This document shows, piece by piece, positions 1 to 8,646 of a stretch of 36,463 nt of DNA. The stretch's first letter is position 1. Each line of letters starts with the position of its first letter. Source of the DNA: a virus (lineage: Duplodnaviria > Caudoviricetes); IMG/VR virus record IMGVR_UViG_3300028633_000022, positions 1 to 36,463 of that record; one strand, written 5' to 3'. A model generated the notes under the pieces. That model was not told the origin of the DNA and did no database searches. It saw only the letters and a program-made list of their open reading frames with translations. A program made the translations under genes and the position numbers.

Positions 1-17
1 TGACGGAGAAGGAAATT

Positions 18-191
18 ATGAAAAAGGTCTACCTCCACTTTCAGAAGAAAGTGCTCAGGAGAGCTGAGCAGACCCATAACTCCACCTCTCCATATAGCAA
101 CGCCCTGGAATACGAGCTGAATACTGCCTATGCCAAGCTGATCGGGTCCTTCGGATACCTCAGCAAGTACAATCCCTATGAGGAGGATTAA
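18..191 (+). CDS. small hypothetical phage protein (57 aa, not in ORF track)
   Basis: GGAGAAGGA upstream of ATG 18; open frame MKKVYLHFQK...PYEED to TAA 189-191; abuts next gene. Confidence 0.6.
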   Translation: MKKVYLHFQKKVLRRAEQTHNSTSPYSNALEYELNTAYAKLIGSFGYLSKYNPYEED

Positions 192-192
192 A

Positions 193-489
193 ATGATAAA
201 GCTCCAGACCAATCCGAATACCAGGTATGAGTTCCCCAATCTCAGCTTCGTCTATGTAATCACTCAAGTAGACGGGGTTATCCACCTTATCCAGGAAGAA
301 GATAATGTGATCATGATTGCTCTGATTCCTGACTATCCTCCACAGATGTTTGACATGAAAGCTGACCTCACAAAAGCTCCCAAGGCTGACTACACCAGAG
401 CGAGAGAACAGCTGAAGGAATACAAGCAGTTGATGGAGTACAACGGCAAATCCCGCGATGTGTACTGCGACATCCACTTCTGGAGTTGA
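193..489 (+). CDS. hypothetical phage protein
   Basis: ORF 178..489; GAGGAGG at 180-186 favours ATG 193 (MIKLQ...). Confidence 0.7.
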   Translation: MIKLQTNPNTRYEFPNLSFVYVITQVDGVIHLIQEEDNVIMIALIPDYPPQMFDMKADLTKAPKADYTRAREQLKEYKQLMEYNGKSRDVYCDIHFWS

Positions 490-490
490 T

Positions 491-560
491 TCCTGATCGG
501 AGCTTTCCTTCTGGAAGGCTCCCGTGAGGATTAGCCTAGGTAGTGGACATCAACTATAAG
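491..560 (+). other. intergenic hairpin plus conserved motif, copy A
   Basis: GATC, stem GGAGCTTTCC/GGAAGGCTCC (499-522) with TTCT loop, then GGTAGTGGACATCAACTATAA (539-559); related copy at 3071-3131. Confidence 0.55.
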
Positions 561-573
561 AAGGAGAAGAACG

Positions 574-660
574 ATGAGAGCACTTACAGTTTTCTTTGAC
601 CGTAGGGACCTGGAGATCGGGCGCTCGGACGCTGTGATTGGTATGAACATTTACAAGTAG
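574..660 (+). CDS. 28-aa micro-ORF directly upstream of hammerhead
   Basis: AAGGAG RBS at 561-566; MRALTVFFDRRDLEIGRSDAVIGMNIYK then TAG. Confidence 0.45.
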   Translation: MRALTVFFDRRDLEIGRSDAVIGMNIYK

Positions 661-662
661 CA

Positions 663-735
663 GCTTACCGAAATGCCCACAGTGAAGGTGGGCATACAGC
701 GTGGGTGGTTCCACGCTGCTGATGAGGTAGCCACC
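663..735 (+). ncRNA. type II hammerhead ribozyme
   Basis: TACC-GAAA(670-673)-stem III TGCCCAC/GTGGGCA-TA(695-696)-stem I CAGCGTGG/CCACGCTG-CTGATGA(719-725)-GGTA; loop I GTGGT can pair with 3' GCCAC (730-734). Confidence 0.92.
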
Positions 736-769
736 TCAACAAAACCCCAAATGGGCAAAGGAGCATCAA

Positions 770-1525
770 ATGAAGAAGACATTAGAGCAGTTGAAGGCAG
801 AAGCTGAAGTTGCAGCAAAGGCTTTGAAAGAAGCCGAGGAAGCCGCTCGACAGACTGAGCGTGAAGCCAAAGCTGCTGAGGAAAAAGCCAAGGCTCTGAT
901 CAAGGCCAAAGAAACGCAGTACATCAAGATCCAAATCCTGACACAGCTCCACAAAGTGCTGGTAACCACCTTCAAAGATGCCATTCTGGAATCTCCTGAA
1001 GTGACTGATCCTTACAGAAGCTGGAAAGAGCCAAACATCACACTTTCTCCTGGAACCAATTATCCTTACATCTATGTCCAGGCTAGAAAAACTGCTGATG
1101 CTTGGCATCCTCGCTTCCTTGGCTGGGGAATTGCTCTTACACTAGAGCCGTTCGGCAAGACACGAGTTTATCCTGCTCTGTCCAATGGTGGTTACAGCTA
1201 CGACAAGATCGTAAAGGTCATCAAAGAGCATCAGGAAGCCAAGATAGTCGCCGAGAGACGAGAAGCTGAGAACAAGATCAGGAAGGCACGAAAGACCGAC
1301 TTGGCAGGAAGCGTCAAAAAAGATCTTGGTCTGAAGGAAGATAGTGTACTGGTTCAGGGAGTGCTCGAACAAGGATATCGTGACTACAGAGGAAGGTGGT
1401 GTCCTAGGTCTTACGAGGCTTCCGATGGACACGTCTGGCTCAATCTTGGCAGCAGGCAGTGTACTCCTGAGCAGGTAAAGATCATGATCAACGCAATGAG
1501 ACTGGCTGGATTTGAAACCAAATAA
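770..1525 (+). CDS. hypothetical protein with N-terminal coiled coil
   Basis: 251-aa ORF, AAGGAG RBS, A/E/K-rich N-terminus. Confidence 0.8.
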   Translation: MKKTLEQLKAEAEVAAKALKEAEEAARQTEREAKAAEEKAKALIKAKETQYIKIQILTQLHKVLVTTFKDAILESPEVTDPYRSWKEPNITLSPGTNYPYIYVQARKTADAWHPRFLGWGIALTLEPFGKTRVYPALSNGGYSYDKIVKVIKEHQEAKIVAERREAENKIRKARKTDLAGSVKKDLGLKEDSVLVQGVLEQGYRDYRGRWCPRSYEASDGHVWLNLGSRQCTPEQVKIMINAMRLAGFETK

Positions 1526-1536
1526 GGAGCACTCAA

Positions 1537-1671
1537 ATGAGCAAAAGACCTTACAGTACCAAACTGAACAAATTAGGGATTGATGCCAGAACCGACCTCA
1601 GCAAGCAAGAAGAGATAGGCATCATTGAAACTCTCCACGATGCCTTTGAAGAAGAACAATTAAAATACTAA
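1537..1671 (+). CDS. small hypothetical protein (44 aa, not in ORF track)
   Basis: TAAGGAG RBS; MSKRPYSTKL...EQLKY, TAA 1669-1671; fills the gap between genes. Confidence 0.55.
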   Translation: MSKRPYSTKLNKLGIDARTDLSKQEEIGIIETLHDAFEEEQLKY

Positions 1672-1680
1672 GGAGAAAAC

Positions 1681-2673
1681 ATGACAAAAGAAGAATTGAC
1701 TATTATTTTAGAAAAACACGCATCATGGCTAAGTAATAACGAAGATGGCACTAGAGCAGATCTCTCTAGAGCAAATCTCTCTGAAGCAGATCTCTCTGGA
1801 GCAAATCTCTCTAGAGCAAATCTCTCTAGAGCAAATCTCTCTAGAGCAAATCTCTCTAGAGCAAATCTCTCTAGAGCAAATCTCTCTGGAGCAAATCTCT
1901 CTAGAGCAAATCTCTATGGAGCAGATCTCTCTGGAGCAGATCTCTCTGGAGCAGATCTCTATGGAGTGAATCTCTCTAGAGCAAATCTCTATGGAGCAGA
2001 TCTCTCTGGAGCAGATCTCTCTGGAGCAGATCTCTATGGAGTGAATCTCTCTGGAGCAAATCTCTCTGGAGCAAATCTCTCTAGAGCAAATCTCTATGGA
2101 GCAGATCTCTCTGGAGCAGATCTCTCTGGAGCAAATCTCTCTAGAGCAAATCTCTATGGAGCAGATCTCTCTGGAGCAAATCTCTCTAGAGCAAATCTCT
2201 CTGGAGCAAATCTCTCTAGAGCAAATCTCTCTAGAGCAAATCTCTCTGGAGCAAATCTCTCTAGAGCAAATCTCTATGGAGCAGATCTCTCTGGAGTGAA
2301 TCTCTCTAGAGCAAGACATTTAATAAAAATAATGGGAGTAGAACATGGTAACTATTATTGGAAAAGATTTGGAAGGGGACTCGTCAATAATCAATACAAA
2401 TTCAAAATAGGACTCAATACATTAAGAACAAATGAAATATTCGCTTCTGATGAAAGGGTCGTTTACTCCTATCCTGGTTTTCATTTCGCATCTAGATCAT
2501 GGTGTGCTGTAAATTACCATGATCGACCATTAGAAGCAAAAATTAGGATTCCAGAAAATGCTCAAATTAACGAGCCATGGGCTACGGATGGAAAAGCTTC
2601 TGCAGATATGATTGAGATCATACAGGTCTTTGATGTTGCAACAGGTGAAGACGTAACAGATCAATATAGATAA
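1681..2673 (+). CDS. pentapeptide repeat protein with C-terminal globular domain
   Basis: A(N/D)L(S/Y)(R/G) repeats after typical lead-in 'ILEKHASWL...GTRADLS'; AAGGAG RBS. Confidence 0.93.
   Translation: MTKEELTIILEKHASWLSNNEDGTRADLSRANLSEADLSGANLSRANLSRANLSRANLSRANLSRANLSGANLSRANLYGADLSGADLSGADLYGVNLSRANLYGADLSGADLSGADLYGVNLSGANLSGANLSRANLYGADLSGADLSGANLSRANLYGADLSGANLSRANLSGANLSRANLSRANLSGANLSRANLYGADLSGVNLSRARHLIKIMGVEHGNYYWKRFGRGLVNNQYKFKIGLNTLRTNEIFASDERVVYSYPGFHFASRSWCAVNYHDRPLEAKIRIPENAQINEPWATDGKASADMIEIIQVFDVATGEDVTDQYR
1756..2310 (+). repeat. 15-bp coding tandem repeat, 37 units
   Basis: consensus GCA(A/G)ATCTCT(C/A)T(A/G)GA over 555 bp. Confidence 0.95.
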
Positions 2674-2686
2674 AAAGGAGAAAACT

Positions 2687-3070
2687 ATGGGATATTACAT
2701 GGACCAGATTGATGGCAACTTTCGTGTTAAAAAAGAGAATCTTGACAAGATGTTCGAAGCTATTAAAAACATTCCAGGTGAAAGTTATGCTTGGGTAAAT
2801 GGTTTCAAAAATTGTGATCATATCAAAGAGGCTTTACTCGAATGGAGATGGGATCCATATTTCAATGAGAATGGAGATATTTGGCACTTGAGTTTCGATG
2901 GCCAAAAATTGGGTGACGACGAGGTTCTCTTCCATGCAATTGCTCCATTTGTAGAAGCAGGTTCTTATATCTGTATGAGAGGCGAGGACGATACATTATG
3001 GAAATGGTATTTTGACGGAGAACATTTAAGAGAATTTGCGGGTCGTATCGTTTGGGACGACGAGATCTAG
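2687..3070 (+). CDS. hypothetical phage protein
   Basis: 127-aa ORF with AAGGAG RBS. Confidence 0.8.
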   Translation: MGYYMDQIDGNFRVKKENLDKMFEAIKNIPGESYAWVNGFKNCDHIKEALLEWRWDPYFNENGDIWHLSFDGQKLGDDEVLFHAIAPFVEAGSYICMRGEDDTLWKWYFDGEHLREFAGRIVWDDEI

Positions 3071-3131
3071 CACTAGATCAAGGACAGGAGAAATCCTGTC
3101 CTTTGTTGTGGTACTAGATGTCAACCATAAA
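3071..3131 (+). other. intergenic hairpin plus conserved motif, copy B
   Basis: GATC, stem AAGGACAGGA/TCCTGTCCTT (3080-3103) with GAAA loop, then GGTACTAGATGTCAACCATAA (3110-3130). Confidence 0.55.
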
Positions 3132-3146
3132 CAAAGGAGAAAAACT

Positions 3147-4958
3147 ATGAAAGATTACAAGAAGTACAAAACTGTTCGACAATTCGCAAATGCCATTGCT
3201 AGAAGTCATGGATGTGGTGCATCAAATGGAATTGTCATTGGGGAAGAAAATAAAGAAGCTATAAAAAAAGAAGAAGTAGTTGATGAAGTGGTTGAGGTCC
3301 CTAAAGATCACAAGATGCTGAAACCAAGGGATGGAGAAAATGGATCTTCTCCTCAACAGAAAACAGCCCAAATGGATCCCACTGGTAAGTTCCTGGTTGC
3401 TAAGTTCCCCTATGATCCAAAAGATGTTGAGAACATCCGCACCCTGGAAGGTAGACGCTGGGACAGGGAAAAGAAACAGTGGACAGCCTGGGCTAATACC
3501 CAGAACATCGAGGCGCTGAAAGCCTGGGGCTTTGTACTCTGTCCCAAGCTTGAGAAAGTTCAACCGGTCAAGAAAGAGGAAGTCAAGGTAGATGAGAAAA
3601 AGCTGAACCTTCCCAGTCTGTATCCCTTCCAGCTAGATGGAGTCAAATGGCTAGAATCAAAGGATGGAACGGGATTGATTGCAGATGAAATGGGATTGGG
3701 AAAAACCATCCAAGCCCTGGCCTGGTTGAAACTCCATCCTGAGAAGAGAGCTTGTATAGTGGTTCCTGCTTCCCTGAAGCTTAATTGGGCCAGGGAGATC
3801 AAAAGATGGCTCCCAGGCACCACCTTTAGGATCTTGAGTGGTACTACCCCACACACTATCCAGAATGGAACCAGAATAGTAATAATCAACTATGACATCC
3901 TGGGAAAGTGGGAAAAGGCCATAGGAGCTATGAATCCAGAAGTTCTGGTGGTAGACGAGAGCCACTATATCAAGAATCCCAAAGCCCTCAGAACCAAAGC
4001 AGTAAAGGATTTGGCCAAACGCTGTACTCACCAGATCTTCCTGACAGGAACACCTATCACTAATCGCCCTGCTGAGTTCTTCACCACTCTTAACCTTTTA
4101 GATCCTCGTGAGTTCCCGTCCTGGTTCTCCTATGTCAAAAGGTATTGCGGCGCCAGAATGGGTCGTTTTGGCTGGGAAATTGGGGGGGCTACTCATACTG
4201 ACGAGCTTCACGAAAGACTTACCAAGACCCTGATGATTCGCAGAAGGAAAGAGGACGTCCTGAAAGATCTTCCTCCTAAGAGGAGGATGGTTGTCCCGAT
4301 GGAAATCTCTAATAGAGCAATCTACCAGAATGCTGAGAATGATCTTCTGGGTTGGCTCAAGGAGAAGTTCGGAAGTGGAAGAGCTGAGAAGGCTGCTCAG
4401 GCCGAAGCTCTTGCCAGGTTCAACTATCTCAAGCAGTTGGCTGCTGAGGGCGCTAGAGAAATGCAAGTTCAGTGGATTAAGGACTCACTGGGCACTAACG
4501 GTAAGCTGGTTGTATTCACGGTACACCATGCTACCATTGATTTCTTAAAGGAAGAACTTAGGGAATATGGCCCGGTAGTGGTGGATGGTAGGGTTAGCCT
4601 GGAAGAACGACAAAAGGCAGTGGATAGGTTCCAGAAGGATGAAAACTGTAGGGTGTTCTTGGGTAACATCAAGGCCGCAGGAGTTGGATTGACTCTTACT
4701 GCTTCTAGCAATACTGTATTCTGCGAGCTGGGATGGACTCCTGGAGAGCATGATCAAGCAGAAGATAGAGTCCATAGAATTGGACAAAATGCTGACTCAG
4801 TCAATGCTTGGTACCTGGTAGCTGAAAGGACTATCATGGAGGAGATGGCTGAGATACTGGACCAAAAAAGAGTAGTTCTGGATGCAGTACTGGATGGTAA
4901 GGTGACCGAGGAAGAAAGTATGTTAACAGCTCTACTTAGGAATAGACTGGAGGGATAA
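3147..4958 (+). CDS. SNF2-family (SMARCAL1/HARP-like) helicase/ATPase
   Basis: LIADEMGLGKT, VVDESH, LTGTP, GVGLTL, QAEDRVHRIGQ; AAGGAG RBS favours ATG 3147. Confidence 0.93.
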   Translation: MKDYKKYKTVRQFANAIARSHGCGASNGIVIGEENKEAIKKEEVVDEVVEVPKDHKMLKPRDGENGSSPQQKTAQMDPTGKFLVAKFPYDPKDVENIRTLEGRRWDREKKQWTAWANTQNIEALKAWGFVLCPKLEKVQPVKKEEVKVDEKKLNLPSLYPFQLDGVKWLESKDGTGLIADEMGLGKTIQALAWLKLHPEKRACIVVPASLKLNWAREIKRWLPGTTFRILSGTTPHTIQNGTRIVIINYDILGKWEKAIGAMNPEVLVVDESHYIKNPKALRTKAVKDLAKRCTHQIFLTGTPITNRPAEFFTTLNLLDPREFPSWFSYVKRYCGARMGRFGWEIGGATHTDELHERLTKTLMIRRRKEDVLKDLPPKRRMVVPMEISNRAIYQNAENDLLGWLKEKFGSGRAEKAAQAEALARFNYLKQLAAEGAREMQVQWIKDSLGTNGKLVVFTVHHATIDFLKEELREYGPVVVDGRVSLEERQKAVDRFQKDENCRVFLGNIKAAGVGLTLTASSNTVFCELGWTPGEHDQAEDRVHRIGQNADSVNAWYLVAERTIMEEMAEILDQKRVVLDAVLDGKVTEEESMLTALLRNRLEG

Positions 4959-4963
4959 AAAGA

Positions 4964-5179
4964 ATGAAACTAATCCCCGTTGATGTATTCTTTGAAATAA
5001 ATGGCCTAGGGTTTCTTCCCCTTCCCCCAGAAGACTTGGAAGAAGGAGGGGAAAACAGAAGGATAAGGGAACTGGACAATGGCTCTGATGAACTGTACTG
5101 GGAGCAACCTACCTGGGAAGGAGAGGAAATCAGACATGGAAAAGATGAAGAGGACGAGGACGAGAATGATTATTCCTAA
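4964..5179 (+). CDS. small acidic hypothetical protein
   Basis: 71-aa ORF, GGAGG upstream, follows helicase stop. Confidence 0.55.
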   Translation: MKLIPVDVFFEINGLGFLPLPPEDLEEGGENRRIRELDNGSDELYWEQPTWEGEEIRHGKDEEDEDENDYS

Positions 5180-5378
5180 AATTCCTGGTGGATATATGGA
5201 TGGTCCTCCAGAAAGTTGTCCCAAGGCCGTCAACTACTGCCCAAATCCAGTCAAGTATGAAACCCTGAGATTAGTAGAATACATAAGATGTGAAAAGTGC
5301 TCCTCCCAATGTTCCCAGAAACATGAGATGGACGTAGGAAGAAGAAGAAGAATTTCACTCCAAAGGAACGGAGAATGA
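5166..5378 (+). CDS. small Cys-rich hypothetical protein
   Basis: GAGG upstream of ATG 5166 (MIIPKIPGG); ATGA overlap with primase. Confidence 0.55.
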   Translation: MIIPKIPGGYMDGPPESCPKAVNYCPNPVKYETLRLVEYIRCEKCSSQCSQKHEMDVGRRRRISLQRNGE

Positions 5379-6316
5379 ACTTCCATCAATTGGTAAAGGA
5401 TTTCAAGTTACCTTATGCCAGCCCTGGTCAACGCCACTATCGCCAGGGCTGGATAAATATGCCCTGCCCCTTTTGCTCAGGCAATCCTGGAAATCACCTG
5501 GGGTTCTGCCTGGATCCTTCCAGCATATTCCATGGAAGATTTGTATGCCATAGATGTGGAGGGAAGAATACTTTCCAAGTCATATCAAAACTTCTCCAAA
5601 TCACGGAAGAAGAAAAAGTATGGGGATTGCTATTTCGCTATCATATCACTCGTTCAGCACCCCTCCCTGTAACTAAACCCAAGCTGAGGATGAAACCCCT
5701 CAGAAACGTCAATTTGCCACCAAAAACGATGTGTCTAGGGAAAGTTCTCGGAGCAGTTCGCTACCTCCGAAAGAGAGGATTTGATTTTGAGGAGCTTGAA
5801 GCCCTCTGGGGAGTTCAGGCGACAGGCCCGGGATCACTGGTCAATACAGAAAGAGGATCACTGGATTTCAGTTACCGATTGATAATCCCGATCTATCATC
5901 AAGACAAACTCGTAACCTATCAAGGCCGAGACTGGACCGGGAAGAGCACCAAGAAATATCTGTTTGCCCCACCAGAAATAGAGAGCCGATCTGCTAAAAA
6001 CCTCCTATATGGACTGGAAAAAGTAGAATCAGATGAGGTGGTCCTTATGGAAGGAGTAACGGATGTTTGGAGGTATGGAAAAGGAGCTGTTGCTTGCTTT
6101 GGAATAAGCTACAGTCAACAGCAAATGCTAGAGCTAGCAAAGCGTTTCACCAAGGTGATAGTGGTATTTGATTGGGAAGCAAGGGCCAGGCTCCAGGCTC
6201 GAAAGCTCATCAAGGAGCTAGAAGAATGGGGAGTGGATTGCACTATGGTTAAACTTCCCAAGGGGAAAGACCCTGCTGAAATGAACCGAGAAGAATTGAA
6301 AGGATTGGTGAGATGA
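5375..6316 (+). CDS. dnaG: DNA primase (Zn finger + TOPRIM)
   Basis: CPFC...CHRC Zn finger; EGVTD and VVFD TOPRIM motifs; KDPAE. Confidence 0.88.
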   Translation: MNFHQLVKDFKLPYASPGQRHYRQGWINMPCPFCSGNPGNHLGFCLDPSSIFHGRFVCHRCGGKNTFQVISKLLQITEEEKVWGLLFRYHITRSAPLPVTKPKLRMKPLRNVNLPPKTMCLGKVLGAVRYLRKRGFDFEELEALWGVQATGPGSLVNTERGSLDFSYRLIIPIYHQDKLVTYQGRDWTGKSTKKYLFAPPEIESRSAKNLLYGLEKVESDEVVLMEGVTDVWRYGKGAVACFGISYSQQQMLELAKRFTKVIVVFDWEARARLQARKLIKELEEWGVDCTMVKLPKGKDPAEMNREELKGLVR

Positions 6317-6573
6317 AGATCAGAACTGGGTTGATGGTGATAGTTGTTGCTTTGGTGCTGTCAGGGTGCGTTCCTACCACCAAATGGGTAAAGCCTGATA
6401 CACCTCAGGAGCAGCAGGACAAGGAGTGGGCCGAATGCGCCTATGATGTTGAGAAGGCATTTGCTGGCGTGAATCCAAGAGCCATTCAGGGATTTGGTCT
6501 CCAATATGAGAGAGGGAAGTTGTTCAGGCAGTGCATCGAGCTCAAAGGATTCAGGAAGGAGAAAGTTCAATGA
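6313..6573 (+). CDS. putative lipoprotein
   Basis: MKIR, hydrophobic stretch, lipobox LSGC. Confidence 0.75.
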   Translation: MKIRTGLMVIVVALVLSGCVPTTKWVKPDTPQEQQDKEWAECAYDVEKAFAGVNPRAIQGFGLQYERGKLFRQCIELKGFRKEKVQ

Positions 6574-6785
6574 AAAGACTACTTGAGTGGTGGGCGTGGC
6601 TATTCGTTTATAGATCGCACATGAGCCACCCAGACTTGTGTCCCAGGTGCTGGAGAAAGACCACTAAGATCGTGTCTGGGTGGTTTAGGTCTTCTGGACG
6701 ATATCCTGAAGTTGATATCATTGGGAACTCCAAGCACCTCTGTCTGGCTTGTGGAATGGGGTATCGGTGGTCTAATCCCAAGTAA
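6570..6785 (+). CDS. small Zn-ribbon protein
   Basis: AAGGAG RBS, ATGA overlap; CPRC...CLAC. Confidence 0.6.
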   Translation: MKRLLEWWAWLFVYRSHMSHPDLCPRCWRKTTKIVSGWFRSSGRYPEVDIIGNSKHLCLACGMGYRWSNPK

Positions 6786-6806
6786 GGTGGGCATAGAAAA
6801 TTTCTC

Positions 6807-6835
6807 TTTACTTACCGGGGAGGTTCTAATATAAT
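6807..6835 (+). promoter_or_regulatory. sigma70-type promoter P1
   Basis: TTTACT-17 bp-TATAAT; same -35 hexamer recurs at 10364 and 23009. Confidence 0.75.
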
Positions 6836-6868
6836 AGTTGGCACCTTCCTGGTAGTTTCCACAAAGTC

Positions 6869-6967
6869 TTGAGAGGGGGGCGCCTGAGGTTGGCCCCCAA
6901 AGGTCGCTAGTATCCACGGCATACTGGCAGCTCCCCTCAAAACAGACCACCTCCAGGTGGGCCGTGG
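6869..6967 (+). ncRNA. C4-like multibranch antisense RNA and downstream target
   Basis: outer stem 6869-6879/6931-6940; inner stem GCTAGTAT/ATACTGGC with loop CCACGGC (6914-6920) exactly complementary to GCCGTGG (6961-6967). Confidence 0.55.
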
Positions 6968-7040
6968 TAGCCGGTTCAGTCTTTCTGATGAATCTTTAAA
7001 CGAGAACTCTTTTGGGCTAGAACAAAGGGGTTATTTTCTG

Positions 7041-8063
7041 ATGAGAGAAGTTGATTATGATATCCAACAAGAACCCATCGTAATGTCCAAAGGTTTGATA
7101 GATCTCCTCCTCAAGGAGGAAAAGGCCAGCGACTTAATTGGATTGTACACCTTCTATTACTACACTGCAAAATGGCAGCATACCAATCAACCCAGAGCAA
7201 CCACAGCCTATACTGCCAAAGGTCTTCACTGGACTGAGGAAAGAGTCCAAGCTCGTAAGAAGATCTTACTTGCATTGAACTTGATAGAAGATGTACAGAC
7301 CAAAAATGAGAAAGGCCAGATAACTGGGCACTATGTTAAAGTCAAGTTCATATGGGGTAAAGCTGCTGCAGAACCAATAAAAAGCCACCCCCCAGAAAAT
7401 CCAGGGGATGGAACAAGTGGAAATGATACAAAAACCACCCCCAGCAATTTCCAGACTCTGGCAAGTCAGGGGGGAAATTCTTTAAGTTCTTATAATAGAA
7501 ATGCTTTAAATTATAATAACAATACCTTGGGTAGCGGCTGCGCCGCTATCAAGTGTATGGAAAGCTCTTCCCATTCAGTAAAATCTTCCCCACCAGTTCC
7601 CAGGAAGCGTACGAGACCTGTCCCAGAAGTTCCTTCTACAGAAGCTCCTTCCCAGGACAAATCTCCTTCCCAAATAACTCGTGACATCGGCCGGGATATA
7701 TTAAAGCACCAGGGGGAAGGGCTTTGGAATCTGCTAAAGAAGACCAGAGGGGTTGAACGTCTTCCCAGCGGATCTGGATATTGGTTTCAGCAATGTACTA
7801 TTGTAGGGCAAATGGTTACAGATCTACATCTGGACAAGGATAGAATATTGAATCTAGTCAATTGGCTATACTCACATCACAGTGATGAATATGTTCCCAG
7901 ATTCTTTGATGCTTTTGATTTTCGCCAGAAGTTCTTCAAGTTGGAAGATGCCATGAAGAAGTCAGGAAATGGAAGGAACCTACCAGGCGAAGGAGCTAAA
8001 CACCATGCCCCAAGAAATGGAAACGTTGACTACACCAAAAACACCATCCATATCAAGTTGTAG
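7041..8063 (+). CDS. putative replication initiator protein
   Basis: helical N-terminus, S/T/P/N-rich linker with DNA repeats, directly upstream of DnaC-like and DnaB-like genes; ATG 7041 preferred because GTG 6957 overlaps the RNA element. Confidence 0.65.
   Translation: MREVDYDIQQEPIVMSKGLIDLLLKEEKASDLIGLYTFYYYTAKWQHTNQPRATTAYTAKGLHWTEERVQARKKILLALNLIEDVQTKNEKGQITGHYVKVKFIWGKAAAEPIKSHPPENPGDGTSGNDTKTTPSNFQTLASQGGNSLSSYNRNALNYNNNTLGSGCAAIKCMESSSHSVKSSPPVPRKRTRPVPEVPSTEAPSQDKSPSQITRDIGRDILKHQGEGLWNLLKKTRGVERLPSGSGYWFQQCTIVGQMVTDLHLDKDRILNLVNWLYSHHSDEYVPRFFDAFDFRQKFFKLEDAMKKSGNGRNLPGEGAKHHAPRNGNVDYTKNTIHIKL
7380..7523. other. candidate replication origin inside initiator gene
   Basis: imperfect direct repeats 7380-7404 and 7430-7454 followed by AT-rich tract with CTTTAA..TTATAATA twice. 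Confidence 0.4.
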
Positions 8064-8064
8064 G

Positions 8065-8646
8065 GTGGGCCTGAAGGTGTATGCTAGGGTGGAAGAAGCT
8101 CGGAAGTTCGTCCGATCCCGGGGAGTACCTAGACGTTACCAGGATGCCACTCTTAAAGATTTTCCAGAAAAGCAACTATACCACGAAGATCTGAGTGGAA
8201 AGTCCTTCTATATCCATGGGCCTGTAGGATGCGGAAAGACTCACCTCCTGTGTGCTCTCTTGAGAGAAGCTTCCTATGGAGTGTCTAGCAGATTCATATC
8301 CTCTGATGAACTTCTCCAGTTAATCAAGGACTCTTTCAATCAAAGATCTGTCCCCAGTTGGGATAGGGAGGAGGAGGAAGCCCACTCAGGAGTCATTCTG
8401 GATTACCTATGTGAGATTGAGATTCTGGCCCTGGATGATCTGGGAGCAGAAAGGATAACCAAGTGGTCTGCCGCTACCATTGGGTACATAATCAATCGCC
8501 GATACAATGATATGAAGCCCACCTACATCTCTAGTAATCTGGATCTGAATGAGTTGTCTGAACAGTTTGATGCTCGCATCTCCAGTAGGCTCAGTCAGAT
8601 GTGTGTCTGCATACACCTGGACGGGGCAGATAGGCGTACCTGTTAA
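8065..8646 (+). CDS. dnaC: DnaC/IstB-like AAA+ helicase loader
   Basis: VPRRYQDATL, GPVGCGKT, LALDDLGAE, RISSRL; start probably GTG 8065 or 8077. Confidence 0.88.
   Translation: MGLKVYARVEEARKFVRSRGVPRRYQDATLKDFPEKQLYHEDLSGKSFYIHGPVGCGKTHLLCALLREASYGVSSRFISSDELLQLIKDSFNQRSVPSWDREEEEAHSGVILDYLCEIEILALDDLGAERITKWSAATIGYIINRRYNDMKPTYISSNLDLNELSEQFDARISSRLSQMCVCIHLDGADRRTC

Noticed and set aside
1756-2310. Possible CRISPR array
   Set aside because: Head-to-tail 15-mers with no unique spacers, in frame within a gene, no cas genes
1729-2319. SREIC-repeat ORF on - strand and EQISL ORFs on +
   Set aside because: Shadow frames of the stop-poor 15-bp repeat; only the A(N/D)LS(R/G) frame has an RBS and flanking domains
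3036-3146. N-terminal extension of the SNF2 ORF in the track
   Set aside because: Overlaps the previous gene and the hairpin element; strong RBS points to ATG 3147
7560-7675. Recurring (T/C)TTCCC(A/C) words as iterons
   Set aside because: Short, irregularly spaced and explained by Ser/Pro codons in a linker
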